A stretch of 63,651 nucleotides of DNA, counting the filler, from Choristocarpus tenellus KU-1152 (Eukaryota; Protista; Phaeophyceae), in assembly GCA_964200185.2 (NCBI GenBank). It is 10 parts of 10 records of this genome, joined end to end, with 100 filler letters (N's around TTAATTAATTAA, not from the genome) between each part and the next. Parts side by side here need not be neighbours in the genome. Positions count along the whole stretch, not along the records: positions 25,391 to 28,600 come from CAXNAD020021517.1; positions 28,701 to 37,253 come from CAXNAD020004591.1; positions 37,354 to 40,416 come from CAXNAD020022584.1; 7 more parts are not named here. One strand, 5' to 3'. The notes beneath the pieces are model-generated. The model was not told the DNA's origin, ran no database searches, and worked only from the letters and a program-made list of their open reading frames with translations. Of the stretch, positions 25,660 to 37,692 are shown one piece after another; the stretch's first letter is position 1, and each line of letters begins with the position of its first letter. A program made the position numbers and the translations under genes.

Positions 25660-26520
25660 ATCTTTCACTTCCTTTCTGCACTGTTTACGAAGTCTTCTAC
25701 CTGCTTCTTCAGATAGATGTACCGACACAGTGATGTAGGATCGTGTCCCATGACGATCCCTCGCTTGGCGTATGGGTAAAACTTTGAACCAGGTCCCCTC
25801 TGCTGTTTCTTGGTAGACGTAGCACTCACTCCCCCAGGGCCGAAGCCTATCATAAGGGAATATATATTTTCTAGTCCAAACCTTTTCCTCTGGTTTCCAA
25901 ACACCTTGGATGGGAATATGTTGGACGAGGTAACAGCAAGGGTATGATTTTTCCAATCACTCTTCACACTGGTCCTGCAGCTGCAGCAATCCCAATTGAT
26001 GACTTGAATATACTAAAGTTGTGGTGATATTGAGCTCTGTCACTTCAGATCCCCGGAGTTACATAGGAGATACACATTTCCACTCCATTCTTCTCACTAC
26101 GCTTTCCACCTGTTAAGACAGATATTCATACCTTGGACGAGAGTGTGATCGTTAGGGCTGATACCACACCTGTTGCCTTGAGTTGTTTCAACAACCAGTA
26201 GTTTCCCTCCCAAGAACCTGTCTGATATGAGGTGCTGGACAGTCATTATTGTGTTTGTGTAGGATAGAATCCACATTGGGGGAGTGAATGTCTGGGACAG
26301 GTCTCATTTGAGATCTGTCTTGACACATTGATGGCACACTGTGCCCAGTGATATTTATTACGCGCGACACCTTTTGCCATCGAGGCCATGCCAGGGGAGG
26401 TTAGAACACGAATAATGCTATTCCTGAGTTTCTCCTGCACACTCTAGTCATGCCATGTTCAGCAGAAAGCAGAAGACCGGTGTTGTCTCTTTACTTTTGT
26501 CACACTAGGACCGCCAAGCT
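25660..26520 (-). mobile_element. Ty1/copia relic (pre-integrase/integrase region)
   Basis: LRPWGSECYV and SKFYPYAKRGIVMGHD..RYIY resemble the post-integrase segment of copia pol; frameshifted. Confidence 0.6.
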
Positions 26521-26914
26521 TCACTAAATATAAATGGTGTGGCCACTACTGATACCTACCTCAAGGAATCTATATATACATGATTGCAGCACGAATCTGT
26601 ATGAGGATGTTGAGATGAAAAGAGAGGGTGTGCTTTGAATGTTACACTACAGTAGTGCGTATTGAGTATACCTCAATAGTCGCCCTAGAATTTGGCAGAG
26701 GGTATCTGAGGAGAGGAAGGGCGATGAGGACATCATTGATGATGAGTCCATTGAAAGTAGCTCCTCCACTCAAGTATAACCTTATCAAGTTACAGCTTTC
26801 CGGCAGGGTTAGCTATGCGGGTAATTGTTGCCAACACAGAGGTGAGAGCAATGTCTTGTCCAGCACAGCAAATATACACAAAGGGAATAAAAAGAGAGCA
26901 TACTAGGCAGCGCC

Positions 26915-27135
26915 AACAAGTGGACAAGGCTAACCTCGACCCAGTGAGGTGAAAGGTTGAACTTGCCAGGTGGAAAGAAGATGAATCAAGCCAAGCTTAG
27001 TCGAGCACTACAGTGTTGATGTGAGGACCATTGCACGTATTAGAGCCAACAGCAAGAATGGGCCCGACAAAAATATTCTTGCTAGTGGGAATGGTGAGGG
27101 CAGGGCAGTTAACAAAGTACAGCACTCAGAGGCAC
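26915..27135 (+). pseudogene. Pogo/Tigger (CENP-B N-terminal HTH)-like transposase relic
   Basis: WTRLTSTQ*GERLNL..KKMNQAKL/VEHYSVDVRTIARIRAN: helix-turn-helix pattern with one stop and one frameshift. Confidence 0.4.
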
Positions 27136-27830
27136 TCATTGGTAATCTCTAATGACTGACGAAATCCCATTCAACAACAGCACTGCAAAGGTTCAGGAGT
27201 GGATATGAACTCCCTGACTGACTCATGCCGCGTTTCATTGTTCCTCTTCTTTCTCTGCACCAACAATTTACTGAACACTCATCACATTGTTGAAACGCAT
27301 TGCTGCATGAAGCGAATATAATATACCACTTCCAAATATACGAACCACACGTCATGTTTTATTCATATTTGTTTTAGGTAATAGACCTTTCCAGATTGTT
27401 CACTCTTAGTTTATCCTCAGTAAGGCACGTTTCTTTGTCTGGCACAGCTGTGGTTTAAGAGGGGTCCACAAACTACACTCTGAAGGATGAAAAAAGAAGT
27501 GCTGCTGTCGCTTGCATGCGTAACAACACTATAGTAGCCTCATAAACGACCTGGATAAATCGTAGTATCCTACACTGCACAAAAGATGATAGGAGGTTTC
27601 CCATGCATCGCATGAAGGGCATCCCATCTCTTGAGGTGAGTGGTGATGAGAGAGGGAGAAATCCTGTCATTCTTGACACCCAATATCTCAAGCCGATATC
27701 AAAATATATTGTACATATGCGAAGTGTATCTCAGCAGTTTGAATATCTCAAGATGGGGAGAGCACCCTCAGTAACTCTCCTACGTTGGAGTCCCAATCTT
27801 GTTTGGAATCACCTCAACTCATTCTCATAC

Positions 27831-27971
27831 GGTGACGTAGTGCCAACCATCATCGGAAAAGTGGTCACTGAAACATAACGATACTTCCAAAATAACAAGA
27901 CATCGAGGGGAGGTTGCAGAACCAATGATTGGGTCCGTTTGATTCATTGCAAGACACGGAGTTCTCACAAC
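27831..27971 (-). CDS. Candidate exon, unidentified gene (VVRTPCLAMNQTDPIIG...DGWHYVT)
   Basis: CAG acceptor after (TG)n, GTATGA donor, 141 nt open; possible upstream exon at ~28240-28445. Confidence 0.4.
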
Positions 27972-30350
27972 CTGAACGTACACACACACACACACACACA
28001 CACAAAGTTCTATTGAGTGGTAAAGATAATACTCCGGAGGAATAATAATAATAATAATAATAATAACTGTTGATCATCGTACAATATAATATCCCTTGCC
28101 TTTCAACCCCGTCAACATTGATATCATTTTTTAAAAAGAACAAGAAGTAGTTTACCCACCACTGAGTTCTTGGAGAGACCTACTACCAGAACATTCACGA
28201 CTTCCTCTGTCTCAACTCCTCTACCATCCATCGCACTACCCAGGACTTAGTGAGGGCACCGAACCGCTGGACCACGCTGCCTGTGCCAGACCCTCAAGTG
28301 CACCTCGAAGTCCGATTTCAGGGCCAAGGAACACTTCATCCTCTTGTTGTTGTTGTTGTTGTGGTTGACGCAAGGTTTCAGAACCAGACTCTGCCTGAAG
28401 CCCCTCCAACCAGGAAGTCTCTGCACCGGCACTCACAGAAGCCTTGAGTGCATAGAAACACCGACACGATAGCACCCACCATGATAGTAGGAAGAGAGAG
28501 AGAGAGAGAGAGGGTGTGTGTGAGGGGGGGGGGGGGGGGAAGGGGGGCGGTAAAAGCTTGGAAATGTCTAAAAAGCAGGGGGGGGGGGGGCGGAGATGGG
28601 NNNNNNNNNNNNNNNNNNNNNNNNNNNNNNNNNNNNNNNNNNNNTTAATTAATTAANNNNNNNNNNNNNNNNNNNNNNNNNNNNNNNNNNNNNNNNNNNN
28701 GCCAACCAAGAGTTCATTGTTTGAGAAATTTATTTTAAAAAATCCCTTTTGGGGCGTATTCAGGGGGGGGGGGGGGGGTAGGGTCAGGGTTAGGTTTAGG
28801 ATTATGTGGTTAAAGCAAGGCTCAAATCTGGAGCCATTTGCAACAGAGGTATTCTTCTTTATCTCGCTTACCCAAGGCCTTTTTCGTCTTCATGGAAGTT
28901 GTGTGTCTGGCAGTGCTATTTGTGCCTCTCACCCTTACCTTGGCTTGCAGAAATCGCTCGCCCCCATTTTGACCCCAACGTCCAGCCTCACCAATCCTTC
29001 CCAGCCCCGTGCTACTCGAATGTTTATGGTCATCCCGCCTCCCATGTTGGGGCCTACCCCGATCTTCTCCCAGATCATTGATACTGCAAACTTCTCCCAC
29101 AGCCTCAACTGCACCCCCCAACTCCAACTGCAAGTCTCCCTCGGCCCGGTCAAACCTAGATTTGGTGATGTGTCTGCGCCTGTAGCTCTCTGCTACGGGG
29201 GATAGTGGTGGTTGTGATTCAGTTGACTGGAAAGGATTGTAACCGAATCGACGCTGGGGTTTGCCAACAATATCTTCGAGATTCTGCCGCCTGGCAGCAG
29301 TGTGAGTAGCTGAGGAGACCTGCATGGGAAAGGATATGCAATGACCATGTAAGTGTCGGGGTGGGAGGAAGGATCTCTGCAAATCAAGGCAAACAGTCAT
29401 TCTTGTCAGGTTTTTTAGTCCTTTGACTTGTGGCTTTGTGAAGGGAGATATAGGAGCAAGGTTTTCCTTAGGTCCATACCTCCTTCTTGGCCAGATCTTC
29501 CCTTCGCTCGGCGTAAACCTTTGTGGTTGGATTGGAAAGAGAATCTACTCCAATGGCTCCTTGTGGGTAACGGTTCTTGAGGATAAAATCAAGCCTGTCG
29601 TTTTTTTGATGGAATGTATATCAAGTAGATAAAGTGTAATGAGGAACATGGCTGCAATGCACTATGCGCATGATCTTGCTGGAACGTTTGGGTGTGGGTC
29701 ATCATTAATCCCATCCTGCATAGCGCCTATTATTTGACCACAGTTGGCCTAACTGTGGAAGGTGCTACTACTGGAGAACTTATACCTCCATTGTACCCTT
29801 GCCATTCCATCCAATGGTGTCTGCATGGACACACAGACCTCATATCTTCAGGGTAAGGACAAGGTTCTGCCTCCCTGGCACGTCCTACACAAATTGATTT
29901 AAAGTACTCTGGTCCCTCACTCTTGTTGTGATTGTGCAGGTAAACGTCCTCCCAAGAATATTGGCAAACCTCTGCAACTCTAGTACTACCCTTTTACCTA
30001 TCGTCCAACAAAGACATGGTGAGATTTCGCACACAATAGTAACACTTTTTTTCTTCTACTTAAGCCGTAACCCTAAACACTGACCCTAACCCTACAGTGG
30101 GGTCACTATCACTTCACTAGTTCTTGTGCAGTGATAGATATAGTAGGAAATCGACTCTTCGTTCATCCATCTGGAGTACATGACAATTTTGATGCTTCGA
30201 TGTAGAAGTTAGCTCAAACCTAACCCCCTCTACGTGGATTATGCTCTAATATCGATATCTCATTATTATTTGGTCAATTGCTCTATATTAATACCTAATT
30301 TTCTGGTGCTGTGCTTTGTGATTCACCCTTTGAGCTCCTTGTGACCTAAC

Positions 30351-30417
30351 TTGGAAGTCGTTGAGCTCCCTGCGCTCCTGAGGGGTCAACAGTGCTTCTG
30401 TTGCTTGTGTGCCCGCC
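30351..30417 (-). CDS. Candidate small exon (AGTQATEALLTPQERRELNDFQ)
   Basis: Long upstream pyrimidine tract, AG acceptor, GTTAGG donor. Confidence 0.3.
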
Positions 30418-31805
30418 CTTGGCATCATAAATATGTGTTTTCCAAGGAAAGAATGGGAAGCATGGGTTGGCTCCAGAAAACAAAAAGGAGAAAGAGAAAA
30501 GAGGAGGCGGGAAGTCATGTAACAATATACTGGAAAGAAGTGTGATTGGGGGCAGGGAGGGAGGGGAGAGAGGGATTCAGGGACATACGTGGAGGTTGGG
30601 GGGTGATAGCAGGTAGGTGAGAAAGCTGTGGTACAGGAAAGGTTGTATGCCATTGAAATGATTGTTACTGCTAGTGTCTTCACAATTATTGTTAGAAAAT
30701 ATATGTGATAGCTAGTCAGTACTAGTCAAGACTGGTGTAGGGAACCCTGTAGGTTTCGGCAGCAGCACCCTGGGAAGTAATGGATATTCTCTGTCCTAGC
30801 TGTCACGAACAAGTCGATAGGACATTGGCAGATTGTTATGGCAATATGAAGGGATCTGGTGATAGTACAAATCGATTACCCTGTACAAAGAAACGGTGTA
30901 TATTTGCCGACATACTGAACTTTCTGCCTTAGCGAACAAATCAGCACAGCCATTGGTACAATGACTCAAAGGGAAGGAAACAGAAGCGTGTGAAGAGTTA
31001 TGGATATGGTCGAAATACTTTTTGGACTGGTACAAGAGACCCGCGCCAAAAAAATATTTGTATATGGTGGGATTTACCAATGGAGTCAAAAGGTTTTTGC
31101 TTGTAGAGTATTTTCCGATTGTGTTGTACACAACAACATGGGCTTGTGGTACGTTTATTCTGTTCTTGAGATCAATACTGTTCTGGTGTGATGTGTACAT
31201 GCGAAGTCTGTGTTTATATTCTGGTACTGCCAAACATCCCACCCAAGGTCCTGTACATGCAGAGAACAATATGCTTTTTTCACAGAGGTAGAAGGTTCAT
31301 CTTTTTCTAGAGCTTTAACTTCAAGGAAAACTGACATCATTAGGGTTGTTGATAGCAAACTTACTGTAATGGTCGCCAAGAGTCATGTCCTTCACGAAGA
31401 CATGATTATGGTATTATATCTCATCCCTGCACCATAGATTACTCACACACAACCCTTTAAGTGTTCTACTGCAACATAGTCCTATGCGTTTAAAAAAATA
31501 GTAAATGCTATTGCTGAGGAACTGTGCTTCTGGCAGTGAACAAGTCGACGGAAAGAGAGAGAGAGAGAGAAGTAAGTCACTCACCCATGGTGCTACACAT
31601 AGGAACATTTCCCCCAAGTGCTCGGAATAATTAGCAGGATTGAAGAGATAAAAAGGACGCTCCAAATGAGCTCCATAAATTGCGGAGGTGCCGCAGATAT
31701 GTAGTATTCTATTGATATCTAGGTGCTCAATAATTGGTACACCAGGAGGAAACAGGAAATTTATGTGCATTCAATCTGAGACCACAGCTACTTCTTCCAA
31801 GTACA

Positions 31806-32005
31806 TTAATTACTGCATCTGTCTTTGATTTATCTATTTTAGGCATCTCGCAAACTAGCTGAGTTCCATAGTACAAATTAATTTCTCCCTGATAGATATA
31901 CGCTCTTAAGTTATAACCAATTAACCTGCTAGGAACTGAGTAAGTTACTTGATCAATTCTAATTGTGCTTGATTTTGTTACTGTTAATTCAAGTATTTCT
32001 GAAGT
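31806..32005 (-). mobile_element. istA: Bacterial IS21-family transposase (IstA) C-terminal fragment
   Basis: LTVTKSSTIRIDQVTYSVPSRLIGYNLRAYIYQGEINLYYG contains the YSVPxRLIG motif of IstA; AT-rich, no introns. Confidence 0.8.
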
Positions 32006-32212
32006 TTGGTTGTTCATATACATGATAGAATCTTTCTTGTTTTTTAAACTGCATCATTATACATATCTGCGTATAATTATTTATATTACTTCTGCATATT
32101 AAATGAATTCTTAGCTTTTTAGTTGCTTATAATTCTCCTGCAGTTTTCTCTCTCGTACTAATGTGCGATATTTGACTAGCGCATCTTGCTCATCTGTAAT
32201 CAAAGCATTAAC

Positions 32213-32422
32213 AGTAATGATATTTTATTTAAACGTTATGCAAAATTGGATGTACTGATTTTAGATGACTTTGGATTAAAAACCTTATCAGCTGAGCAAT
32301 CTTCAGATTTATATGATCTGATAGCTGCAATGCATATTAACTCCAGCTTGATAATAACAAGTAATAGGAAAATTGAAAACTGGTCAGAAATATTTTTTGA
32401 CCCAGTTATGGCAAACGCAATA
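32213..32422 (+). mobile_element. istB: Bacterial IS21-family helper ATPase (IstB) fragment
   Basis: YAKLDVLILDDFGL...DLYDLI...SLIITSNRKIENWSEIFFDPVMANAI: Walker B and IITSN motifs of IstB; breaks off just before the expected LDR. Confidence 0.85.
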
Positions 32423-32739
32423 TGTGTATATAAAATGTCCTCAACATAAGAATACTGTAAGACAATGCGTGGAAACCACTAACCTACATATTTATATTAT
32501 TATGCCCTCTTACATTTTGCAGATGTGTCAGGGGAAACCTACATATCGTTCAAACGACAACAAAATTTTACAGTGAATCGATGGGTTCATCGTCATCCCA
32601 CCAATCGTTGGATGTGATTCATTAGGGGATACGTTGTGCAATCCTATACGTCATTCCAGTGTGTTCATGCGTTTTTTAATACAAGAGAAATCATGAAGAT
32701 GCTGGAGTGGAGTGAGTAAACATTACCACGGTTAAGACG

Positions 32740-35095
32740 GTCTCTGCCAGCATCCCTCGCCCTATGCACACAGTGGATCTCCTGGTGCATGAAGTACCCC
32801 CTCCAAGGCTACAGGGGGGAGGGCTATCAAAACGTTCAAGCTCCTTAATATGGTCTCTGGCGTTTTACTGACCAATGATGAAAAGTTCTCAAGGGAGGAA
32901 AGGTTAGCCCATGTAGCGTCGGGGAACATCCAGGAGTTGGTAGCATGGCCATTGGAACGATCTCCAAGGGTGCGAGTGTTCCCGTATCGCAGCCCAGAGC
33001 GCAAAGGACAGAAGAGACTTTCAGGGTGCTGGTTCCCAAGAACCTGAAACCACCAGACCTCTACATCAGGCTCAGTCTATCTTTGGCCCCAAGGGGATCT
33101 CCGAAGTTATCTCGATGACACATCCATTTCTGCAAGGTAGATGAACTGCACTACAACAGCTGCTTTCGAGTAACTGAAAACTTATCTACGTGAGGTAGGC
33201 ATCGCCCTCAATATGGACAAGACTTTGCTGCACCTCCCCAAGGCCACCAGCCCATGCCCTCAGAACTAGAACTTCTGACGACAGTAGAAATCAACCTGGA
33301 CCCGGACGGGAATAGTTTAGTTACATTAGGTGCTCCAGTGGAAACAGATTAATTAATCCAAACCCACATGGCTTGGGTGAGTGAGAGCTCAGGGTCACAA
33401 ATGCTGGGCCTTCACCTTTGCGAGGTAGAAGACAAACAAATTGCCTGACTCCTTAACTCTTGGTCCCACTCTTCCCACCTAGGTTATTCGGCAAGGGGAG
33501 TAGCAAGCAGATACCACATCACTGTGAACGCCAGAGAAGATCATGGGGGTAGCAGACTCAGCTGGAGGCACTGACTTCTTCAAAGAAGTGTCTGAAAATG
33601 GATCTCTTCGCCTGGAAACATAAGAAAACGTGCAGGCACAGATGCCCACAAGTTCGGGGGGGTTGGGTCTATCCTCCATGAAACATCACCAGCATGCAGC
33701 CTTTATATGATCACTGGTGGCCACTCTCCTCACCCTTTTACCAGGGTAACAAGGGTCTAACGGAGAGTCTTTCTCACAAGCCAACTGTATGAGCCCCACA
33801 ATTAGGACTCTGGGATCATCTATGCATACCCTCCTCTCGACAGGAGACCCTTCAGAAGACTTGGCAGGAATTATTGGCCAAGGCTGGGTGCCCTGGGGAG
33901 GGACAACAACCACTACACCTGCCCCAGAGGTCCAAACACTCTAGCAGCCCACAATGCCAGGGTCACTAGGAGGGCACAACATGAAACCACCCGACTCCTG
34001 AACAGGATCAGGTTCGACTCTTTCCGAATGCAATTGGCCAACGTACCAGATGATGTACAGAACAAGGGAGGAAAAATTCTTCACTAACCCTGACCCGCCA
34101 CCGGAGCCAGTGTGAACAAGGGGCAAATGCATGGGCCTCAACACAGCCCCTGGAACCAGCACGCCAAATCCCTCGCATAGAGTTTAGACTCACTGCCAGC
34201 AGATCCCTAGGGACGGAGGAGACCCTGTTCAACAGGTGCCCAGTGGTTGGTTGCGGGAGACATAATGCTGGCACTCGACATGCTTGTACCTGCACTAGGG
34301 TAGTGAAACAGGCACGCCAACACATACTAATGATGAAACATCTAGGTCATCTCTGCAAGGGAATGGGCATTCCTTGCACTATGGAGGATGGTAGCTCATT
34401 CACAATGGACAGGAATTTCCGCATGGATGTGGTCTTCCATGGGCACGTGCAGACACCAGATCAGCTCCCTACCAGGACAAAGGCCTCCCCCTGCATATTA
34501 TCTTTGTAGAAGTGCAAGCAGCCTCCCATCCGCCTCACTCATCCACCGGCATTGGTGTAGCTGCTGCTGTAGCTGACCTGTGAAAACATGCCCACTACGA
34601 GAGTTCTTTTGACCCTCGTAGTTTTAAACTCAACATTTTTGTGGTGGAAAGTTTTGGGCACCTCAGTGAGCAAGCAAAAAGACTTCTTGATGAGCTGGCC
34701 ACACACACGGTAGGGGGGAGAGGGTCGAGAGGTTACAGCACCAAAGGGGCTGTCAAATCCCGTTTATGAAAGAAATTGTCTGTCACTACACAATTGGCTC
34801 CAAGACACCAGGAGGAGCCTGTCAAATTCTTGGGATGTTTCCCTAGCTCCTTGCATTGTAGTGTAGGGCTAAGCTAGGATGGAGGCATAGCAGCAGTGCA
34901 CACAAAAATTTGTAATATGAGCATTTTGGGAGTGTTGTGGTATAGCTGGTTGTCAAAAAGAAAATAGAGTTTGGAGAGATATCTTTCACATTTACGACAA
35001 CTGTTACTTTTATAGGGGTCCTTACGATATTGAATTGTCTTTTTCCCTCTGACGCGCCTACAAAATGTTAGAGGGCTTAATAGTACACATAAATA
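32740..35095 (+). mobile_element. Decayed RLE (CRE-like) non-LTR retrotransposon, copy 2
   Basis: SYLDD near 33105, zinc knuckle CPVVGC...HACTC...QH, RMDVV and FVVESFG endonuclease motifs; colinear with copy 1; 3' UTR ends ...TACAAAATGTTAGAGGGCTTAATA. Confidence 0.8.
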
Positions 35096-36032
35096 AAAAT
35101 TCATCATATCAACATATCGTGTCATTTATTGTCAATCACCAACACCTACCTATCCTCCTGTAGAGAAAGATCAGACCTGGTGAGTCGTTACACAGCGTTT
35201 ATCAAACGATCCTATAACCCCTTTGGTTCTACAACACTATATTATTTAAAAATTAGAAGTAATGCTCAAATCCCTAGACTTTCTTCAAGACAGACACCTA
35301 TCAATACTCATTGTTCTGAAGTAATCAATTTGGTAATACAAATGCCCTGTACTCTTAATATGGAATTTTACTCATCTTTTTTATACTGAAGATATTCCAG
35401 TCAAGACAGGTCCGATTTTTACTCGGTTCTCACAAATCCAAACGATCTACTACGATCTCTCACACATAAAATAACTACCCTGAAAATACAATTTGGGTCC
35501 TTCTATGATCTTCACTCCTCTCTAGCTCGCATTACCTACATACTCATTTGTTGAAAGAAGTACCCGAAGAGTGACCAAGACAATGAGGTATTGAAAGATA
35601 ATCCGAGATGCTTCTATCTACCTTGCCTATCATTTGTACACATCGTTGTCTGTCACCTCCTCAGACGATATCCTTGAGATATTTGATGCACAACGTGTAC
35701 AAGGTCACCTGTATTCGACAGTGAAGGAGGATAGTGTCAGGTCCCCACCATCTGCCCTCAGGGTCCAGGGGCCAACAGTCTACAGTGTTCATTCTTTCAG
35801 AGGGTACTGACCTGTGGTGATGATGGCAACTGCGGTACATATTCTCTTTTGAATTGGAATGCATACTCTACACACCTTTCACCTTACACATATAGCCCAG
35901 TCATACACTACTTTTCTCATCTTCCAATTTCTAGTCGGAATTTTTTCTCACTCATTTATTTTATTCCTTATCCATGAACTACCACAATAGTAGCATGTAT
36001 GATATGCCGATACCTTTTCTCATCACCGTTCT

Positions 36033-36199
36033 GGCTCAAAGTATCTAGGGGGGGTGGCGATTGCCCATCTGGGACCAATTTTTCCGTGTCGCAATTTTTG
36101 GGTGATTTGGTTGCATGTCGAATGGATAATGCAAGTGTACTTTTTATGGTCCAAACAGACATCCTGGTGTAGACCCCCCCCGCCTAGATACTTTGGGTC
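36033..36199. mobile_element. MITE family B (~170 bp), TSD TTCT
   Basis: TIR GGCTCAAAGTATCTAGG / CCTAGATACTTTGGGTC; 4-bp TTCT on both sides. Confidence 0.85.
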
Positions 36200-36592
36200 T
36201 TCTATTATCCCACAGTCTATATTATCAGAACAAATCGTGCATGAGTTCTCCCTCTTTCTTCTTGACGTCACTTCATCACAATGTCTTCCCATCATATGAT
36301 CCCTGTCTCCATCGCCATTGTCTGCTGACAGGATTACAGACCAACTCAAAATACGATCATGGGATGTCGCAGGGCCATTGCAGATGCTGCAATGCTGGAT
36401 GTAGCTTGTCTTCGAGACTTACAACAAACATGGATAGATACATTCCGAAGAGAATTTTGAACTGACTGAATCAGAAAGTTTCAAGGTCAGGATTCTAGGC
36501 ATTTCTTTAACCTGCCTAACAAGAAACGTGCGCTCCACATAATATAACTTTCTCACTCATGGTAAAGGGGAAGTACTCCTTTTGGAAGGTAA

Positions 36593-36850
36593 GAGTGAAA
36601 GTATCTTAGAGGGCACGAATTTTGCCCTGTTTGTCCACTTGGGACTTGGCTTCCCATGGGTTTTTTCATGACATTTTCCTACTACAAAATGTTTCAGAGT
36701 AGGCAAAATGTATTCGTTACGAAAAGGTGCGTCCGGAACAAAGATGTTGACACTTCCTAACAAACACGATAGCCAAATTTCATCAAAAATACAACATTGG
36801 ATTTTGACCCCCAAACGGACGCGACTGTACCCTCTAAGATACTTTGACTC
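36593..36850. mobile_element. MITE family A (first of an inverted adjacent pair)
   Basis: Full TIRs. Confidence 0.9.
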
Positions 36851-36857
36851 TGAGTTA

Positions 36858-37127
36858 GAGTCAAATTATCTTAGAGGGTAGAGCCGCGTCCATATGAGGA
36901 CCCAAATCCAATGTTGCACTTTGATGTAATTTTGTCTATCGTGTTTATTAGGAGATGTCAATGTCCTTGTTCCAGACACACTTTCAGACACACTTTTCAT
37001 AACGTATACATTTTACCTACTCCGAAACATTTTGGAGTAGGTAAAATGTCATTAAAAACCCGTTGGGAAGCTAACCCCCAAATGGACAAACAAGGGAAAA
37101 CTCGTACGCTCTAAGATACTTTCACTC
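36858..37127. mobile_element. MITE family A (second of pair, opposite orientation)
   Basis: Full TIRs, 7 bp from the previous copy. Confidence 0.9.
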
Positions 37128-37187
37128 TCAATACGAGTCTCCTTGGTGCAGCGGCAGAGTCACTAGATATCTTGATAGTTGTGGATT

Positions 37188-37253
37188 GGATCAAAGTATC
37201 TGGGGGGGGGTGTCGGCGTCCGTTTTTCACTTTTTGGTGTGATTTGGTCGCAC
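37188..37253. mobile_element. MITE family C end (same TIR, different interior)
   Basis: GGATCAAAGTATCTGGGGGGGGTGTCGGCGTCCGTTTTTCAC; reverse copy at 52903-53042. Confidence 0.65.
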
Positions 37254-37663
37254 NNNNNNNNNNNNNNNNNNNNNNNNNNNNNNNNNNNNNNNNNNNNTTA
37301 ATTAATTAANNNNNNNNNNNNNNNNNNNNNNNNNNNNNNNNNNNNNNNNNNNNGGGTTTTGTAAAATCCCTTGAAGTAGAGGTGTATTGAAGAGGGGTAT
37401 TTTTGCATGGTGCTGTCTGTAGGGGTATGTAGGGCAGTGGTTGGGGACAGGAAGGGGGTAGAAGAGGAATAAGGCATGTTTAGCTTTGGGCGGTGAGAAG
37501 TAGGATTGCCTATATAATGAGAAGGCGGTCTTCACTAGATTTGAAACACGTGTTGAAGCAGGAGGTAGGGTAAAGAGCGTGTTGTGTTCAAATCATAGTG
37601 ATTGGACGGGTAGGATTCAGTTTGGTTCATTCACCATTAATAAAATAAAAAATAGAGGCCAAA

Positions 37664-37692
37664 GGTTAGGGTTAGGGTTAGGGTTAGGGGTT
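37664..37692 (+). repeat. Interstitial telomere-like (TTAGGG)n
   Basis: GGTTAGGGTTAGGGTTAGGGTTAGGGG; shorter tracts near 2235, 5135, 22082, 28779, 30068, 39291. Confidence 0.85.

Noticed and set aside
28717-30030. Longest ORFs in the window (162-192 aa) as genes
   Set aside because: No recognisable domain, overlapping frames with stops; probably a decayed TE, family not assignable.
30725-30810. Possible SRP-like or other structured RNA
   Set aside because: No convincing conserved helix or motif could be built by eye.
37133-37170. tRNA-like A-box (CTTGGTGCAGCGGCAGAG)
   Set aside because: No anticodon or T arm; at most a SINE or tRNA remnant.
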